This document shows, piece by piece, positions 26,780-40,552 of a stretch of 64,000 nucleotides of DNA. This stretch comes from Proteromonas lacertae (taxonomy: Eukaryota). The stretch covers positions 1-64,000 of the forward strand of contig NGBS01000325.1 of assembly GCA_002245135.1 (NCBI GenBank), in the 5' to 3' direction. Numbering within the stretch: the first letter of the stretch is position 1; each line of letters begins with the position of its first letter. The position numbers were made by a program, and so were the translations under genes. The notes below the pieces were generated by a model. It saw only the letters and a program-made list of their open reading frames with translations. It did no database searches and was not told where the DNA came from.

Positions 26780-28252
26780 ATGAAATTGAATTTTTTGAAT
26801 ATTTTAATACTCACAAGTCTTTTGCCTTCAATATTATCATATGAACTTTATGATAAAAGACTGAAACTAAATTCTGAAGGAATAATCAAAATTCTACAAG
26901 TATCCCTTTCCTTTCTATAGAAGAATAGTTATCTGATATGACATATGGTTGGAATGAAACATTTGACGTAAATACAACAGAAACCGTGAAAGCTGTCCTT
27001 AAATATGAAAACCCCGATTTTGTAGTAGTAACAGGTGATATGGTTCATCCTCGTCGATGCTCTTTGGATCCACTAAATAAGACCTCATTAGAAAACCGAA
27101 TGGAGTGGTTTAAAACGAAATGGAATATAGCTGTTGAAGAAATTAGAGAAGCTCATATTCGTTATAGTATAGTATTTGGTAATCATGATTATGGTTGTGG
27201 CGTTGGTGTAATTTCAGCAATAGCTCATGATGAAAAATCTAATTATTCTTATACTCAAGTTGGACCTACAGAACTAGGAGGAGGAAATATATCATTTATT
27301 ATTATTATTATTATTATAACTTTAGAATACTTTAATTTATTTACTATATAATTCCAGTATACAATAATGACGAAACAAAAATAGAATTTTTATTATGGTT
27401 TTTTGACAATCATCTTGATATCTGTAAAGGTGAAAAAAGTTATGGCTGTATAAACAATGAACAAATACAGTGGTATATTAATGAATCTAAAAGATACAAT
27501 AAGAAATATAATCAGATAATTCCAGGAGTTGCATTCTTGCATGTTCCTCCTCAAGAATATTTATATGGAATGAAAGTATATTTTCTATTTTATTTTTATT
27601 ATATTTAGAGTAATAATGTATATGGAAATAAAAATCACTTTGTTTCATGTCCACAATATAATTCTGGCTTAATAGATGCGATGATTCAGCAGTATTTATA
27701 ATATATATATAATTAATCTATAATTAATTTATGAATAGAGAGAATATAATAGCAATGTTTGTTGGTCATGATCATGATAATGACCATTACATTAAATATT
27801 CAAAAATTAATCCTTTGAATAATCATAATGTTACTATTTATTTACATTATGGAAGAAGAACCTCTGGTTATTCTTCTAACCCTAAAATGAATGAAGATGG
27901 AGGTAAGGTAATTATTTTACATTCATCTAATCATTCACTCTCAACTTACATCAGAGATAGATTTGGAAATGTAGAATTTCAGCCGTTTAATAATAATGTG
28001 ACTGCCACTTCAAGTGATGCGTTGTGTTTTAATAAGTATTTATATCAAGGCATTCCCTGGCCTAGAGATAATCTATATAAGAAAGTGGAGAAGAGAAGTG
28101 TTGTGAATAATAGATTTTTATATTTACTATTAATTCCGATTATACCTGCGATAGTTTATATCGTATTTCCTTTGTATAATATTGCATATAAGTGGATTAA
28201 TGTTGTGAGAAATGAATCGAGAGGGTTTAGAAGAATTAAAGAGAGCTTCTAA
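26780..28252 (+). CDS. Calcineurin-like metallophosphoesterase (DCR2/PAP-like), N-terminal hydrophobic segment and C-terminal TM
   Basis: KILQ|LSDM, PDFVVVTGDM, FGNHD, FLHVPPQEY, VGHDHDND, YGRRTSGY; TM FLYLLLIPIIPAIVYIVF. Confidence 0.85.
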
Positions 28253-28356
28253 ATTTATTAATAATATTTATTTTTCAATAATGTAATGTAATAGACTTTT
28301 TATTTATGTTTTTTATTTTGAATGAAACGGATAATTTTTCTTAAATTTATGTTTTG

Positions 28357-29324
28357 ATGTTGTTAGTGCTTGTGTTAGTCTTTTTCCTATTTATGTCGTT
28401 AATTATTTATTATTGTCTTAAGAAAGAAAACAACAACCCATACATAGATGCAATAAACAAGTTAAATAAATTAGACAAAAATGAAGTGTATAATGAAATT
28501 AAAAAGCAAATTCCTCTTAATGATAATGATTTACATATTGCTTCACCAAATTTATTTCATCCAATAATTCAGATTAATATAGATTTCGATTATGAAGTGG
28601 TATTAGCCATTAATTCTGTCACATATGCATACTTAAGAAGAGTTGCAATACGAAACAATTGGGGGAAGTTGTGTAACAAAGAAAACAAATGTAAATTAGT
28701 TTTTTTCAGTGGTTATTCCAAATTAGCATCTCAAGAAATATTACAGTTAGAAAATAAACTCTATAATGATTATGTAGAATATGATTTTCAAAACAGTTAT
28801 TTAAATCTAACTATTCTATCATGTTCAATCATTAAGTATTGCTATGCAGCATTTCCTAGACTAAAATATCTAATAAAAGCTGATAGTGATGTAATAGTTA
28901 ATCTTACCAGTGTTATTTAACCGTTTTTTCCCAAAAATAAACTCTGAAAAACCAATTGTTATGGGTGAAAAAGAATGTCCTTGTAAAATGACATCTCGCC
29001 ATAAAGATATAAATTCAACACATTACATCCCTTCTTTCAACCTTAAGAATACAATTCCAGCTTATGTTTTCGGTGGAACAATGATTTTTACTAAAGAATC
29101 TGTGATTAGATTATATCGAACTATATTAACTTATACAGGTCCTCATTTGTATAAAGAAGATGTGAATTTTGGAATACTTGGTAAAGAAGTGTAATATTAG
29201 ATTTAAACAGTTTCTCTATCATATGAAATTGGTGTTTGGATCTCCATCTTGTCCATTCTCTGAGAACATAATAGCTGCTGAAGGATATGATGAAAATACC
29301 ATTCCAAAGTGTAAAATGAAGTGA
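28357..29324 (+). CDS. Beta-1,3-galactosyltransferase family (GT31)
   Basis: N-terminal TM, RRVAIRNNWG, NSYLNLTILS, YLIKADSDVIVN, PAYVFGG, EDVNFG; two apparent 1-nt indels. Confidence 0.82.
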
Positions 29325-29674
29325 TATTGGAGCTATATATTATAGTATTAAGTTAATTAAGATGAATTATAAAGAAATCAAGTCTTATCAGCTTCTTCAT
29401 GAATAATTCCAAAGCTAAACATCTTTTATATCATTTTTCTTTATAGTTATGCAATATATACCTTTAAATGTGTAATGTTGTGAATAATGGGGTAAAAACA
29501 TCATAATTTTATAATTATTCATATAGTATACACAAAAATAAATATATTGTGTTGAATTTCTTGTCTGATCATGAATAAAATGAAGAAATGAGAAATTAAA
29601 ATGATAAAATATCCGTTTCAGTATTAATAAAAACAAAAATAAAAACAATAAGAATGTAATAATTAACAATTAAC

Positions 29675-32600
29675 TCATTTTAAATTCTCAGTTGAAGTTC
29701 TTTCTTCCCATTCACAGTAAATTGGATAATGGTCTGACAGATTATAGGTCAATTCGTTTCTAACGGTATTGCAGCGCATCTTATACAAATTATTGAATGC
29801 TTTATTCACTAAAACATAATCTAATCGTAAATGAATTGTCTAAATAGATATAAATAACTAAATAACTATATACATTATCAAATATTTGATCATGAGGAAT
29901 ATTGGTAGGTGTAGTAGTTCCACAATCTTTACACATATCAATAAATCCATTTTCTAACAATCTATTCATTGGTTCATAATATAATGACCCATTTACAGAT
30001 AATTTTTCTCTTAAATGATTCTGTCTAACAAGATAATAATAATTAAAAAATATAATATATCTATACAATGGTATTTTACTTTCCAAATTAATTTCTTTAT
30101 AATATTCTTCATCACTTTTTGCAACAGTATTAAAATCTCCAGCTAAGATGATTGGTTCATTATTCTTCATTGAAACTGATAAATGACTTAACAATTTATC
30201 AACTTCTTCTAATCTTGAAATTGCACTATGAGCATGTAAATGTAAACTCTAAATAATATATAAAAATAAAAAATCATACAATATAGTGAATATTATTCAT
30301 TTTTACTTCAATAAAACCTCTTTCAAAATCTAACACTCTTGGTTTTTCAAATAACACAGTAAAAGGATTTTCACTAATAATACCTACTGGGTAATCATTA
30401 GATTCATAGACTGATGTGACTCTAGAATAACTATATCCCAAAAATGATGAAAAATCACTAAACTTATCATATTCTACTCCTACAAATGATTCTTGAGTTA
30501 ATATGATAGATGGAAATGATGCTATTTATAAAAAAGTATATAATATAAATACAATTTATAAATGATTTAAATTCATCATATCTTCCATCAGCTCCATTCA
30601 ACATATTTATACTCAATAACGATTTCTTTATATTATTTGCATCTCTTTGTGTATCTTGACTTATTTGAGGTGGAAAACCATTATAATTACTATTGTATTC
30701 TTTTCCACTATATCCATTATCATCATCATCATTATCTTTGTTACTATTTTCATCTATTTCATATGGACTTATTGGAATATCAAACAATTCTAAAAATGAA
30801 GTAAAAGAATGTAAATGTTTATCAAAAAACGGCTATAAATTTTATAAAAACATATAATCATATAATATTATATACAGATTCTTTAATTGAATAGAATTTT
30901 TCACTAACAACACATCCTCTAGGCCACAATCTTTGTTCAATATTCGTATAATCAATTTTCTCACTCCATAAAGCACATTCTCCACCTAATAAATGATGAT
31001 GATGATTATTATTATTAAATGGATTAACATCATATTTCAATAAATCACTCCATTTTGTATCCCAATCTAAATAATAATAAGTTGATTGAATTGCATCTCT
31101 TCCTTCATTTATTGCTGTTTGAATTGATTCATATCCTATTGGAGAATAGTTTGGCCAACTTTTCCACCCCTGTAAAGTTACGTTGAGTGGAAATTTTGTT
31201 GTTGATTGATAAGTAAATGCACCTTCCCATAGAACTGGTTTTTTATTATGTGATAATATATAATTTGTTATATTATACAAGTATTGTTCAACTAATTCCC
31301 TATTATTTTTATAATAATGATATATAATACTTTGATGTAATATGATTGGTTAATAAATATTGTTTAATATTATCATTACATTCTAAATAACTATTATCAA
31401 TTTCATCTCCACCTAAGTGAACATAATCATCAGGAAAGAATTCCATAACTTCATCCAATATATCATACTATATATATACATTAATTAAATAAATAAATAA
31501 TAAAAATACAATTAAATTTAAAGTCTTTGAATTAGTTAAATTCAGTACAAACTTATTCATTTCATCATAATCCTTATAATTAATCTTTTTATTATCACAT
31601 TTACAAATAACATCATCAAATACTTTACTTAAAATACCAATATGTGCAGGTGAATCAATTTCAGGAACAACTCTTATTCCATTGTATTTTGCATAATTTA
31701 CTATGTCATTAATCATATTTTTATCATAATATTCACTGTCTTTCCATATCAATTTATTTCCTACTGTTTTCTCATATTTTCTAAGTTTCAATGGAAATGA
31801 AACACCATCTGTAATATGCCAATGTAAAATATTAAATTTATTATATCTCATCCCTAATATGATTCTCTTTATTTTATTAATTGGAATATAATGCCTACTT
31901 GTATCAATTAATACTCCCCTCCATTTATAGTTTGGCTTGTCAATTATTAACGTTGGAAATGGAATTTCTTTAAATGATGGTAATAAAAACTGCAATAATG
32001 TATCTAATGAATATATTAAACCTATTGTTGATGATGTGTTTATATATATTGTATTAGACGATGGAATATCGATTGAGTATGACTCATTCACTCCATATTG
32101 AGGATAATCTAATGAATTTGTGATATTTAGATTAATTATCACTTTTGAGATTTCTGTATCTGGATGTTCTATTTCATTAGTGTTATAAAATTCTGTTTCA
32201 TTGGCTTTATATGATAGACAGTGTTCTTTAATTAAATTAGTAATGTATGTCTTTTCTCTTGTAGATGTGGAAAAAAGATAGAATTCCAAACCTGAAGAGA
32301 GAGATGTGGTATTCTTACCAAAATTTTGATATGAAGGAGTAGGAAATATTCGGATATTTGGAGATACATTGTTTAATAACTTATTCATTCCAACAAACTC
32401 GCAATGTACTATTAAATAGTCATCCTGAGATTTATGACGAACATATTTTGAAACTAAAGCAATCTATACAACAATTTTATTAAAATATATAATTAATACA
32501 AATATCATTACTATGACACAAAAAACACAACCATAACACATTGGTGAGTAGTTATTCTTCTTCACAATTCTTCTGTTCCTTCTAGGCAGTTTTGTAGAAG

Positions 32601-32682
32601 GTAATTTTGGATAGTGAAGTTCTGGTATTTTAGTTATTAATGGTTCTGATGGTATATCATCCAATTCCTCATCATAATTCAT
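29675..32682 (-). CDS. Type II membrane GH20 beta-hexosaminidase fused to a C-terminal EEP domain
   Basis: TM; WRGVLIDTSRHY, HWHITD, PEIDSPAH, HLGGDE, LGGECALWSE, LWPR; in-frame intron to SINMLNG, LHLHAH, ILAGDFN, RLDY, LSDHYPI. Confidence 0.85.
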
Positions 32683-32783
32683 TTTTGAAAAATCAAGCTT
32701 GTTTGTTTCACAAATCACTTTTTTAAGACATCTAATAGTAAAATAAAAAAAGTAAAAGAAACAAATTATTAATAATTTTTAAA

Positions 32784-34210
32784 CTATATTTTATCATTTG
32801 GTTCATCAGACATCTCTTGATCACTCATCTGTTTCTGATACTCTTCTTTAATAGTCGAAATACCATACACTTTACATAATTCAGTCAAATAATCTCTATG
32901 GTTTGAAAACATATATTTTAATCCATTAAACATAGCTAAATCATAATTATTCCCACCTTTCTTCTCCTCTTCAGCACCAAATACTTTTGCTAGTTGATTC
33001 CAAGCTTGAATTGATCTTTTTCTATGTGTTTCAGTTGAAAGTGTCATATCACTACTTGGTTTGTAGGGTCTCATACTTCCATAGTTATTTGACAAATCAC
33101 AATTATTCCCAAGACTTATATTTTCATTCTCAAAATTTTCTTTTAATAATTTGTTCATTTGTTTTCGATCAGTTTTGTTTATTCCTTCTATTAAATATCG
33201 AAAATAAAAAGTTTTTTCTAATTTGCTACTTGATTTTAGTTCTTTGAGAAATGAATTACATCCTGTTTTGATGTATTTTTCATTTATTAATTGTTGTTGT
33301 TGTTGTTGTTGAATGTTAGTGTTTGAAGGTAAAATATTTTTCCCTTTTTTCATTTTATTTTCATTGATACTATTTTTTATTTCTGTTTGACCATTTGTAG
33401 ATGAAATATTAGAAGACATTTCAATATTCGGATTTTGAATAGTTAATTGTTGTTGATTTTGATTCTGTATAGATGATGATAATGATTGAGATAATTGCAT
33501 TTGCTGTTGTTGTTGTTGCTGCTGCTGTTCTGATGGAGGTGTTTGTGATGGTAATTGTTGTGTTATTTGTTGATCTGAAGATTGAGATTGCTGCTGATGT
33601 TGTGGCTGTTGTTGGAGAGGAGGTAAATATGTATTAAGAATAGAAGAATTTGAATTGGTTGATAATAATGAATCAGAATGATCAAATGAATATGGATATT
33701 GTATGTACTGATTCATTGGTGTATTAGTTTTATTTAAATTACTAGAATTATTGTTATTGTTATTATTATTATTAGAATATTCATTTGATTCTTCTTTTTT
33801 TATTTTTCTTCTTTGATTATTAAACCATTGTCTTACTTCTTGAACTGGTAGTTGTGTTTGTTCTGATAAACTAATAATTTCAGCTCGATTAGGTTTGTGG
33901 TTAGTTTTAAATGCTTCAATAAGTCTATTTAACTGATTCCTAGATTTCTTCTTTTTCGGTGCTCCTTTTAAATCAGTATGCGCTTTTCTCCTTTGTGGAT
34001 ATATTCTGCTAATATAAAAGTCTATAGAGGTGTAATATACAAATCGCTCTCCTGTTGCTGTTGCTGTGGTAAATTCGGTTGTAGTCTTTCAAATACATAA
34101 GTTTGTTCAGGTATATCAATACCTTGAAACTGATTTTGATACAATGATTGACTATTTGATATATTTCTACATTAATACGGATCAGTAAACTGATTTGAAC
34201 TCTGATACAT
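32784..34210 (-). CDS. Homeodomain transcription factor with poly-Q/poly-N tracts
   Basis: KSRNQLNRLIEAFKTNHKPNRAEIISLSEQTQLPVQEVRQWFNNQRRK upstream of and in frame with the 310-aa ORF; two 5' introns. Confidence 0.88.
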
Positions 34211-34431
34211 ATTTTTTGATACAAACAACTTTTTATATGATGAGAAAAAGACAAAAACAATTCAGTCAAGCCAAACCAATTTTTAGATATTATATTTAGG
34301 AATTATAATAAGAAATATGTGCAATACTTGTACATCTATTTCTAATCAAATTTTTACTTTTAATTCATCTTCAAATTCGTTTTTATTAATCATAACTATT
34401 TATCAATAAAAATTCAAACTTAAATCAATAA

Positions 34432-34513
34432 GACAACGTGGCCGAGTGGTTAAGGCGATGGCCTGCTAAGTCATTGGGATTTTCCCGCGTGAGTTCGAAT
34501 CTCATCGTTGTCG
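34432..34513 (+). tRNA. tRNA-Ser (GCT)
   Basis: GACAACG/CGTTGTC acceptor stem, TGGCCGAGTGG A-box, ATGGC-CTGCTAA-GTCAT anticodon arm, long variable arm, GTTCGAATC T-loop. Confidence 0.95.
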
Positions 34514-34799
34514 AATGTTTTTCTTTTTTATCTCATTTTATAGAGCTTCTAAATTATTTTTAACATATAATATTAATGGTAAACACTTGATTTAATATTT
34601 TTAAATAATTTTTATATATTTTAAAGAAAACATCAATATCTAACTTTATAAAATCGTATTAACATCCAAAAATTGTCGCATATTATCTATTCATAAGTAA
34701 TCAACTAATATTCATTCTATACTCTACCTTGTACGTTAATACAAATAATACACTGTAAATTCTACTGTAAATACATCAAAATACAGTTGAGAATTAAAA

Positions 34800-36555
34800 A
34801 TGTCATTATTTACATTCGGTATCGATTTAGGAACTACTTTTTCATGCGTTGCTACTAGTCGTGATGGTAAAAGTGATGCTATACCCAATGAAATGGGAAA
34901 ACGAACATCTCCTTCATATGTGGCATTTCTTAGCGATAAAATATTGGTTGGTGAAGCAGCTAAAAATCAAACATCTAGTAATATTGAAAACACTGTTTAT
35001 GATGCTAAAAGAATGATTGGTCATAAATTCAGTGAAAAAGGAGTTCAAGATGATAAGAAACATTGGGGTTTTGAAGTGGTTGAAGATAAAGATGGTAGCT
35101 GTTTGATAAATGTGACATATAAAGGAAGTAAATATCAAGCCACTCCTCAAGAGATTTCAAGTCATGTATTAGGTTATTTGGGTAAATTGGTGAGTGAAAA
35201 ATATAAAATTGATGATAAGACAACAAGACATGCAGTAATAACTGTTCCTGCTTATTTTGATAATGCTCAACGAAGAGCTACAATTCAAGCTGGTGAATTA
35301 GCTGGAATGAATGTATTACAAATCGTGAATGAACCAACAGCAGCAGCAATTGCTTATGGATATAAATACTTTGTTGATAATAAGAATCGAACAATCTTAG
35401 TATATGATTTTGGAGGAGGAACATTTGATGTTTCAATAATCGAAATTCATGATAAAAAGATTCGAGTAAAAGCAACAGGAGGAGATACTCATTTAGGAGG
35501 TGAAGATGTAAATCAGGTGTTATTGAACTATTATATTCAACAAAGTAAGTAGATGAAGTGGAAATGGACTTATTAAGATATGCAAGAAAGATGTATATCA
35601 GTTGAAGAAAAGCAATAGAAGAAGCCTAAAATCCAGTTAAGTGTGATGGAATCAACAGATGTAGATTGTGATCTATTAGAAGATAATGATATTGATACAA
35701 CTCTCACTAGATCATTGTTTAATCGATTAAATGAAAATTTATTCCAAAAGACCAATAACAATTGTTCAAAATGTATTAAAAGATAGTGGCTTAAGTAAAA
35801 CTGATATAAATGATGTAGTATTAATAGGTGGAAGTAGTAAAATTCCTCGAGTTCAAGAGTTACTTCGAACATTCTTTGGAAAGCCAGCTAATAAAGATAT
35901 AAATCCTGATGAAGCTGTAGCAATGGGAGCTGCCATCTTAGCTGAAGATATCTTGAAAGGAGTTCGTGAAGAGAGAGAAAGTGATGGAAAGATAGTTTTA
36001 AAAGATATAAAAACTGGTGAAGTATTAAATCCAAATGATCATATAATTGAAGAGAATATTTCAAGTGGAGGTGGAATAATTACCGGTAAAAGTGGTCGAA
36101 AAGTGATTGTTCCAAATAGTTCAGGAAGTGGTAAAAAAGTAGTAGTTCCTAATTCAAATGGATTTAAAGTTCCAATCAAACCAAGTGCTGGAAGAAAAAT
36201 AGTAGTTGAAGATATTCTAACTCATAGTCTTGGTATAAAACTACAGGGTGATATTTATTCTATTATATTAGAAAAAGGAATGGCAATTCCAGCAACAAAT
36301 ACTGAACAGTATTGCACTTCAGTAGATTATCAAGATAATATTGGATTTAATTTTTATGAAGGTGAAGATCCAGTTGCATCTCATAATAGAGTATTATATC
36401 CAGTAAGTTTCCCTGTAAAACCCAAACCAGAGGGTGAAGTAGTTGATATTTGTACTTTGTCCATAAATGAGAATGGCATTATTGATGTTCAACTGAAACC
36501 CGAAACTCCAGGTGATTTTGAACCACAAAGTCTTTCATTTTCACTTAAAAATTAA
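34800..36555 (+). CDS. HSP70: Atypical intronless Hsp70 (NBD + insert + partial SBD, no lid or EEVD), copy 1
   Basis: [60 protein letters not shown]; ends after the SBD-beta strands; apparent frameshifts at ~35540-35620 and ~35754. Confidence 0.85.
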
Positions 36556-36974
36556 TAATTTTTATTATTTTCCATTTTATATTAATTTTTATTCTACTCA
36601 CTTATCTAGATAATATGTTATATAAGCTTAATTCATTATTTATAAAGAGAATTTTAAAAAAGCTTGATCAAACTCAAGCAAATTAAAAATACATTCAAAC
36701 ATGTATTAATTGAAAAAATGATTTAGAATATTTCATTTAGAATAGTTCCTTAGTAAATTAGTTTTATTATCTAAATTCACCAATTATATTTCAATAGTAT
36801 CAATACATTTGTTAATCCATCAATTGAGTTATTTACCTTTAAAATTCGTGTTATATATTAATATAACACAACAATATATGAATTATAACAACAGTAAATA
36901 AGCATATTGAAAATTACATAATATTTAAGTAATAAATAGTCAAGATTTCTATCATGGATAAGAAATGAGATACA

Positions 36975-37434
36975 TTAGAAGATAATGATATTGATACAAC
37001 TCTCACTAGATCATTATTTAATCGATTAAATGAAAATTTATTCCAAAAGACCATAACAATTGTTCAAAATGTATTAAAAGATAGTGGCTTAAGTAAAACT
37101 GATATAAATGATGTAGTATTAATAGGTGGAAGTAGTAAAATTCCTCGAGTTCAAGAGTTACTTCGAACATTCTTTGGAAAGCCAGCTAATAAAGATATAA
37201 ATCCTGATGAAGCTGTAGCAATGGGAGCTGCCATCTTAGCTGAAGATATCTTGAAAGGAGTTCGTGAAGAGAGAGAAAGTGATGGAAAGATAGTTTTAAA
37301 AGATATAAAAACTGGTGAAGTATTAAATCCAAATGATCATATAATTGAAGAGAATATTTCAAGTGGAGGTGGAATAATTGCCGGTAAAAGTGGTCGAAAA
37401 GTGATTGTTCCAAATAGTTCAGGAAGTGGTAAAA
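36975..37434 (+). pseudogene. Internal Hsp70 fragment (direct repeat of ~35675-36135)
   Basis: Near-identical nucleotide copy with no start and no 3' end. Confidence 0.85.
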
Positions 37435-37673
37435 GTATGAAATATTTATCCTATATTTCGATTATATATGTATTACAGTATATTATTGTTTATAACAGAG
37501 ATAAGGAATGTAAATATCATCCTCTTCGAAATTCAAGGGTATCTATTTTATATTTATATTTACTCTAGATTTATACCATTTATTTTCGCTAGGCTACTAA
37601 GCTCCTGTATTATTTAAATTAGAAAAGCTTGATTCAGTCGAACAAAAAACATGAACAAAATTGATTGGTCAGA

Positions 37674-40552
37674 ATGTTATTATTGTTTTTTCTCTTCTGT
37701 CTTGCGAGTGCTGAACTTGTAACTAATGCCACCGTTGAGGTATATTATGATTCTCATGGAGGGTTATATTTAAACTATGAACAAGGCTATGTTAATGAAA
37801 TTATTAATAATCAGAACTTCGAACTATCAGCTGGAGATGCAAAAGCTACATTTGAGATAAAAAATCATCAAATAACGTTATTACACTACTTTCCACAACC
37901 TAAAAAGGAAGAAAAACAATTACAAGGATATTATTCTCCTATGTATGGTAAGACATTATACGTTGGAGTATTTAGAGGTGCTAATAGAAAAGATACAACT
38001 AAATGCACAACAGATTTTCGAGCTAGAGAGTATGTAAGAATAATCGATTTAGGTATGAGACTGTGGGGCGCTAACCAATTCAGAATATCACAAGGCAAAG
38101 ATCTTTATGTTAGTTCCCAATGTCTTGTTATTCCTGAAGAAATTTATGGCAAAAGGTAATTCAGGTACAATTAACAACGAATTATATAACGCAGCTAAAA
38201 AGATAGATAAAATTCCCAAAGTATCAGTAAGATGGTATGTAAATGATGATTATTTAGGAGGATGGTTAGGTTTAGCAGCTGTTGGTAGTCCAATGGTTGT
38301 CGCAAATAGAAATTCAAATTATTGGTTAATCTGTAAGATAAATTGGGATGTAAACGATCCAAATAATAATAAAATAAAGGTAATAATGCATGAATTTGGT
38401 CATAGTACTGGTTTCCACCATGGAGGTACACAAAGTGCTGCTACAACAGGAGTTTACACAACATTTAATGCAATTGACAATTATAATGATTGTGCAAATA
38501 TAATGGGGAATTGTGCTCCTTGGGATAGGACAATTACTGCTAATCAATATTATGTAATGATTGTAAGAAGTAAACCTGAACCATGGCAGTTTAAATATCC
38601 TGAAATAGGAATTCATAAATATCGATTATATGCCTTTGATCATCCATATAGTCGATATTATTTAGGTACAAATGAATCATTTCATAATGATACAGAAATG
38701 ATAGATGGAATAGAGTTTAAATACAACTGTATTGCAATTAGAGTATTAGTAAACAAAACATTAACTAGTAAATATGCTGGTGCTGATGGTACGAGTGGTT
38801 CAATAATGTTTGAATATAAATGGAATGGTGCAGGTCAACAAAGTGGTCAAGAATTTGGTGTTAGAGTTACTTATGGATTTAATCAAAAAGGTAATTTATT
38901 ACAAGGTAATTTAGATGGTTTTAAATCATGGGGAGATAGTGAAATTATACCTGGAGTAGATTATTATCCATCTGATTTTGATACAGGAACATTAAGAGTA
39001 AAAGTAACGAAAATATACAGAACTGTGTTAAAAGAATCTAAAGAAATCGAAATAACTAAAGAAAATAAAAGAAGATATGATGAACCAAGTTATGTAGAAT
39101 TAGAAATCGAATTTTATCCAAATCGAAAACCACCAACAACATCACCTCCAAGTGGTTTACCAAATTTCGTATTCTCCCCAAGTTTCTTTAATTGTAAAAA
39201 GAGTGATGGTGAAAATGGATATAGTTGTTCAAGATCTACAACATCAAGTGGCTGGTTTTACTTTGTAAATAATGGAAATCGAAATAAAAATGTTCCTAGA
39301 TTATATAAAGCTGGAAAGATAAATTTCATTAGAGCTAGAAAATCACTTCGTTCATTCAATGGAGCTGATTATTCAAGTACTTTGTTATGTTATGGAGATA
39401 ATGGAAAGAAATGTATTGAAATGAATATTGAATCAGTTTCATTTTCAGGTGTAAGAAGACTGAATTTCCAAAATGGAAAAGTGAAAAGAACGAAATTAAA
39501 TGATGTAAATGCGACAGTTGAAGATATGGGAAATATGAATGTAATATATGGCAGTGGTTTAGAAGTTGGAGAAGGTGGAAGAGCCTTTATAAGTGATTTA
39601 TTTGGAAATGAAAAAGATATAAAAGTGATAGATAAATCCTTTTTAGAAATGTTACCTTCATTAGAAACAGATGGATTTAGTGAAGGAGCTGTAATGGTAA
39701 AAGATAAAAGTGGAAAAGTAACATATTATAATGGTTTTACACTATATAATCCACAAAGTGGAAATCGAGCAGCAATCGAGTTTAATGATGAAAATGGTGG
39801 TAGATTTGTATTATCTCCAGCTGTAATGCCAAGTAATAAACACTCAACCACAACTTCATTATTATTTTCAATAAGATTAAAAGCTGATAATTGGTTTATT
39901 TATCCAATAACCTATTTGAAAGATAATGATTTTGTATTTATTGATTTTAAAGGGGTTGTTCCAAGTGGATTAATAATGACAATAGAAACTGATATGGATG
40001 AATATAGTCAAGATTTAAGTGTATTAGGTGGTATAAATGACATATCATATAAGTTGACATTTTTAGAAATGAATAAAGCAACAGGTGGTTGGGGTGAAAT
40101 AGATAGAATCAAGTTTAATAAAGATATTCAAATACAAAATATCAGGCCAATATATGGAAGTAAAGTTGGAAATCAAATAACAGCTGTGAAAGCTGTTTCT
40201 GAAGATATAACATTTAATGGTTATAAATACAGAATAGAATCTCCAGCAACAGAAGCTAAATATATTTACAATAAAGTAGATGTAGATATAAATGGTGAAG
40301 AATATTCATTTGATAGTTCAACATCCACGCAAAGTGTGAAAAGTTTAGAAAAGAAAGGATTAAGCACCATTTGTAATAGTTTTAATAATTTTAGCAGTTA
40401 TAGTTGTATTAGTTGGAATAATCTTTGTGTATATTAAAATAAAATCAAAGAATAAAAGAAGTAGTAGAACGACAACTAGAAATGCCTATTCAGGTCAATC
40501 TAGTTATGGTGGTGCTGGTTCTACATATAGACCTCCAATAATGGGAAAATAG
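37674..40552 (+). CDS. Type I membrane metzincin metalloprotease (gametolysin/M11-like)
   Basis: Signal MLLLFFLFCLASA, WLGLAAVG, HEFGHSTGFHH, YNDCANIMG Met-turn; TM and short tail after one 3' intron; a 1-nt indel near 38150 joins the two ORFs. Confidence 0.8.

Larger units (their letters stand above)
34429..36560 (+). repeat. Left arm of ~2.1-kb inverted repeat (tRNA-Ser + spacer + Hsp70)
   Basis: Reverse complement of 40660-42798; near-identical until ~36230, diverged afterwards. Confidence 0.92.

Noticed and set aside
28900..29200. Frameshifts in GT31 (also CCDC25, PCMT, the protease) as pseudogenisation or programmed frameshifting
   Set aside because: Isolated 1-nt indels occur throughout otherwise intact conserved genes, which fits consensus error better.
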